DNA from: Felis catus
Lineage: Eukaryota
Assembly: GCF_018350175.1 (NCBI RefSeq)
Contig: NC_058368.1
Location: forward strand, 226,734,001-226,798,000
Length of the DNA: 64,000 nt
Direction of reading: 5' to 3'
The number at the start of each line of letters is the position of its first letter. Positions within the stretch are counted from its first letter, which is position 1. The notes under the pieces are model-generated. The model was not told where the DNA came from, searched no databases, and saw nothing but the letters and a program-made list of their open reading frames with translations. A program made the translations under genes and the position numbers. This document shows positions 62,662 to 64,000 of this stretch, in pieces.

Positions 62662-63681
62662 GACATCCAGATGGCCAACAGACACACGAAACAATCCTCA
62701 ACGTCACTCATCATCAGGGAAATACAAATCAAAACCACACTGAGATACCACCTCACACCGGTCAGAGTGGCTCACATGAACAACTCAGGAAACAACAGAT
62801 GCTGGCAAGGATGTGGAGAAATGGGAACCCTCTTGCACTGTTGGTGGGAGTGAAAACTGGTGCAGCCGCTCTGGAAGACAGTGTGGGGGTTCCTCAAAAA
62901 ATTAAAAATAGAACTACCCTATCACCCAGCAATAGCACTACTAGGAATTTACCCAAGGGATACAGGAGTGCTGATGCATAGGGGCACTTGTACCCCAATG
63001 TTTATAGCAGTGCTTTCAACAATAGCCAAATTATGGAAAGAGCCTAAATGTCTGTCAACTGATGAATGGATAAAGAAGATGTGGTTTATGTATACAATGG
63101 AATACTACATGGCAATGAGAAAGAATGAAATATGGCCTTTTGTAGCAATGTGGATAGAACTGGAGGGTATTATGCTGAGTGAAATAAGTCAGTCAGAGAA
63201 AGACAGATATCATATGTTTTCACTCATATGTGGATCTTGAGAAACTTAACAGAAGACCATGGGGGAGAAGAAGGGGGAAAAAAAGAGTTACAGACAGAGA
63301 GGGAGGGAGGCAAACCATGAGACTCTTTAAATTTTTTTTTTAACGTTTATTGATTTTTGAGACAGAGAGAGACAGAGCATGAACAGGGGTGGGTCAGAGA
63401 GAGAGAGGGAGACCCAGAATATGAAACAGGCTCCAGGCTCTGAGCTGTCAGCACAGAGCCTGATGTGGGGCTCGAACCCACGAACTGTGAGATCATGACC
63501 TGAGATGAAGTCGGACGCTTAACCGACTGAGCCACCCAGGCGCCCCAAACCATAAGAGACTCTTAAACACAGAGAACACACTGAGGGTTGATGGGGGTGG
63601 GGGAGAGGGCAAAGTGGGTGATGGGCATTGAGGAAGGCACTTGGAATGAGCACTTGGTGTTGACAATAAATAATATTAAAA
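62662..63681 (+). mobile_element. 5'-truncated felid/carnivore L1: ORF2 C-terminus and 3' UTR
   Basis: ORFs 62671-62853 and 62860-63240 share one frame (RYHLTPVR...[25 protein letters not shown]...YHMFSLICGS); TSD attttttcttttca at 62648-62661 and 63682-63695. Confidence 0.96.
63328..63546 (-). mobile_element. Can-SINE inserted in the L1 3' UTR
   Basis: TSD aaaccat(aa)gagactctt at 63312-63327 and 63547-63564. Confidence 0.95.
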
Positions 63682-64000
63682 ATTTTTTCTTTTCATTTAC
63701 TATGCCTAAAAGAGTGAGGATTTTAGGGTTCCAAAGCTTGAAGTATCATGATTCCTAAAAAGCTGGGAAATGTGGCTAAATGCATTCTATCATGTATCTT
63801 ATTTCATGTTAAATATATTCCATATATTTCATACATGTATATGCTCTAAATCCAATATACTTCTATATATATGTCTGTGTTCTAAATCCAATATACTTAA
63901 TTGAGAACTACAATTGGCAGAGAGGCGTATTCGTATTTGAAAGGAATCTATTTTACCCTTGAAGCAGCTGATAGGGCAATGTCTGTAATTCTATCTGAAG

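Noticed and set aside
1-64000. CRISPR arrays, operons or prokaryotic defence systems
   Set aside because: The sequence is mammalian; recurring motifs are dispersed retroposons, not regularly spaced repeat-spacer arrays.

Overview
Mammalian genomic DNA from a carnivore, most likely a felid: about 34 Can-SINE/SINEC copies with the felid-type young subfamily, plus carnivore/felid L1 3' ends. The only protein-coding feature I can support is coding exon 1 of FBXL7 on the minus strand (8608-8572, MGANNGKQYGSE-G, donor GTGAGT), inside a CpG island interrupted by an N gap. Positions 1-8571 are the start of intron 1. Positions above about 9.3 kb are repeat-rich upstream intergenic DNA (SINEs, L1, L2, MIR, MaLR/ERVL LTRs); a Tigger2-type DNA transposon lies in the intron. 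All other ORFs in the track are repeat-derived, N-gap or GC artefacts, or unsupported. I see no new multi-gene system. The most interesting items are an ungapped 159-bp palindrome (61637-61795), a TSD-flanked SINE-head/L1-tail chimera (52882-53000), two ORF2-less ancient L1s, a four-uATG cluster ahead of FBXL7, antisense TATA-promoter-like motifs in intron 1, and an excess of closely spaced inverted SINE pairs. Repeat subfamily names come from recalled consensus features, not from a database search, and old-repeat boundaries are approximate.
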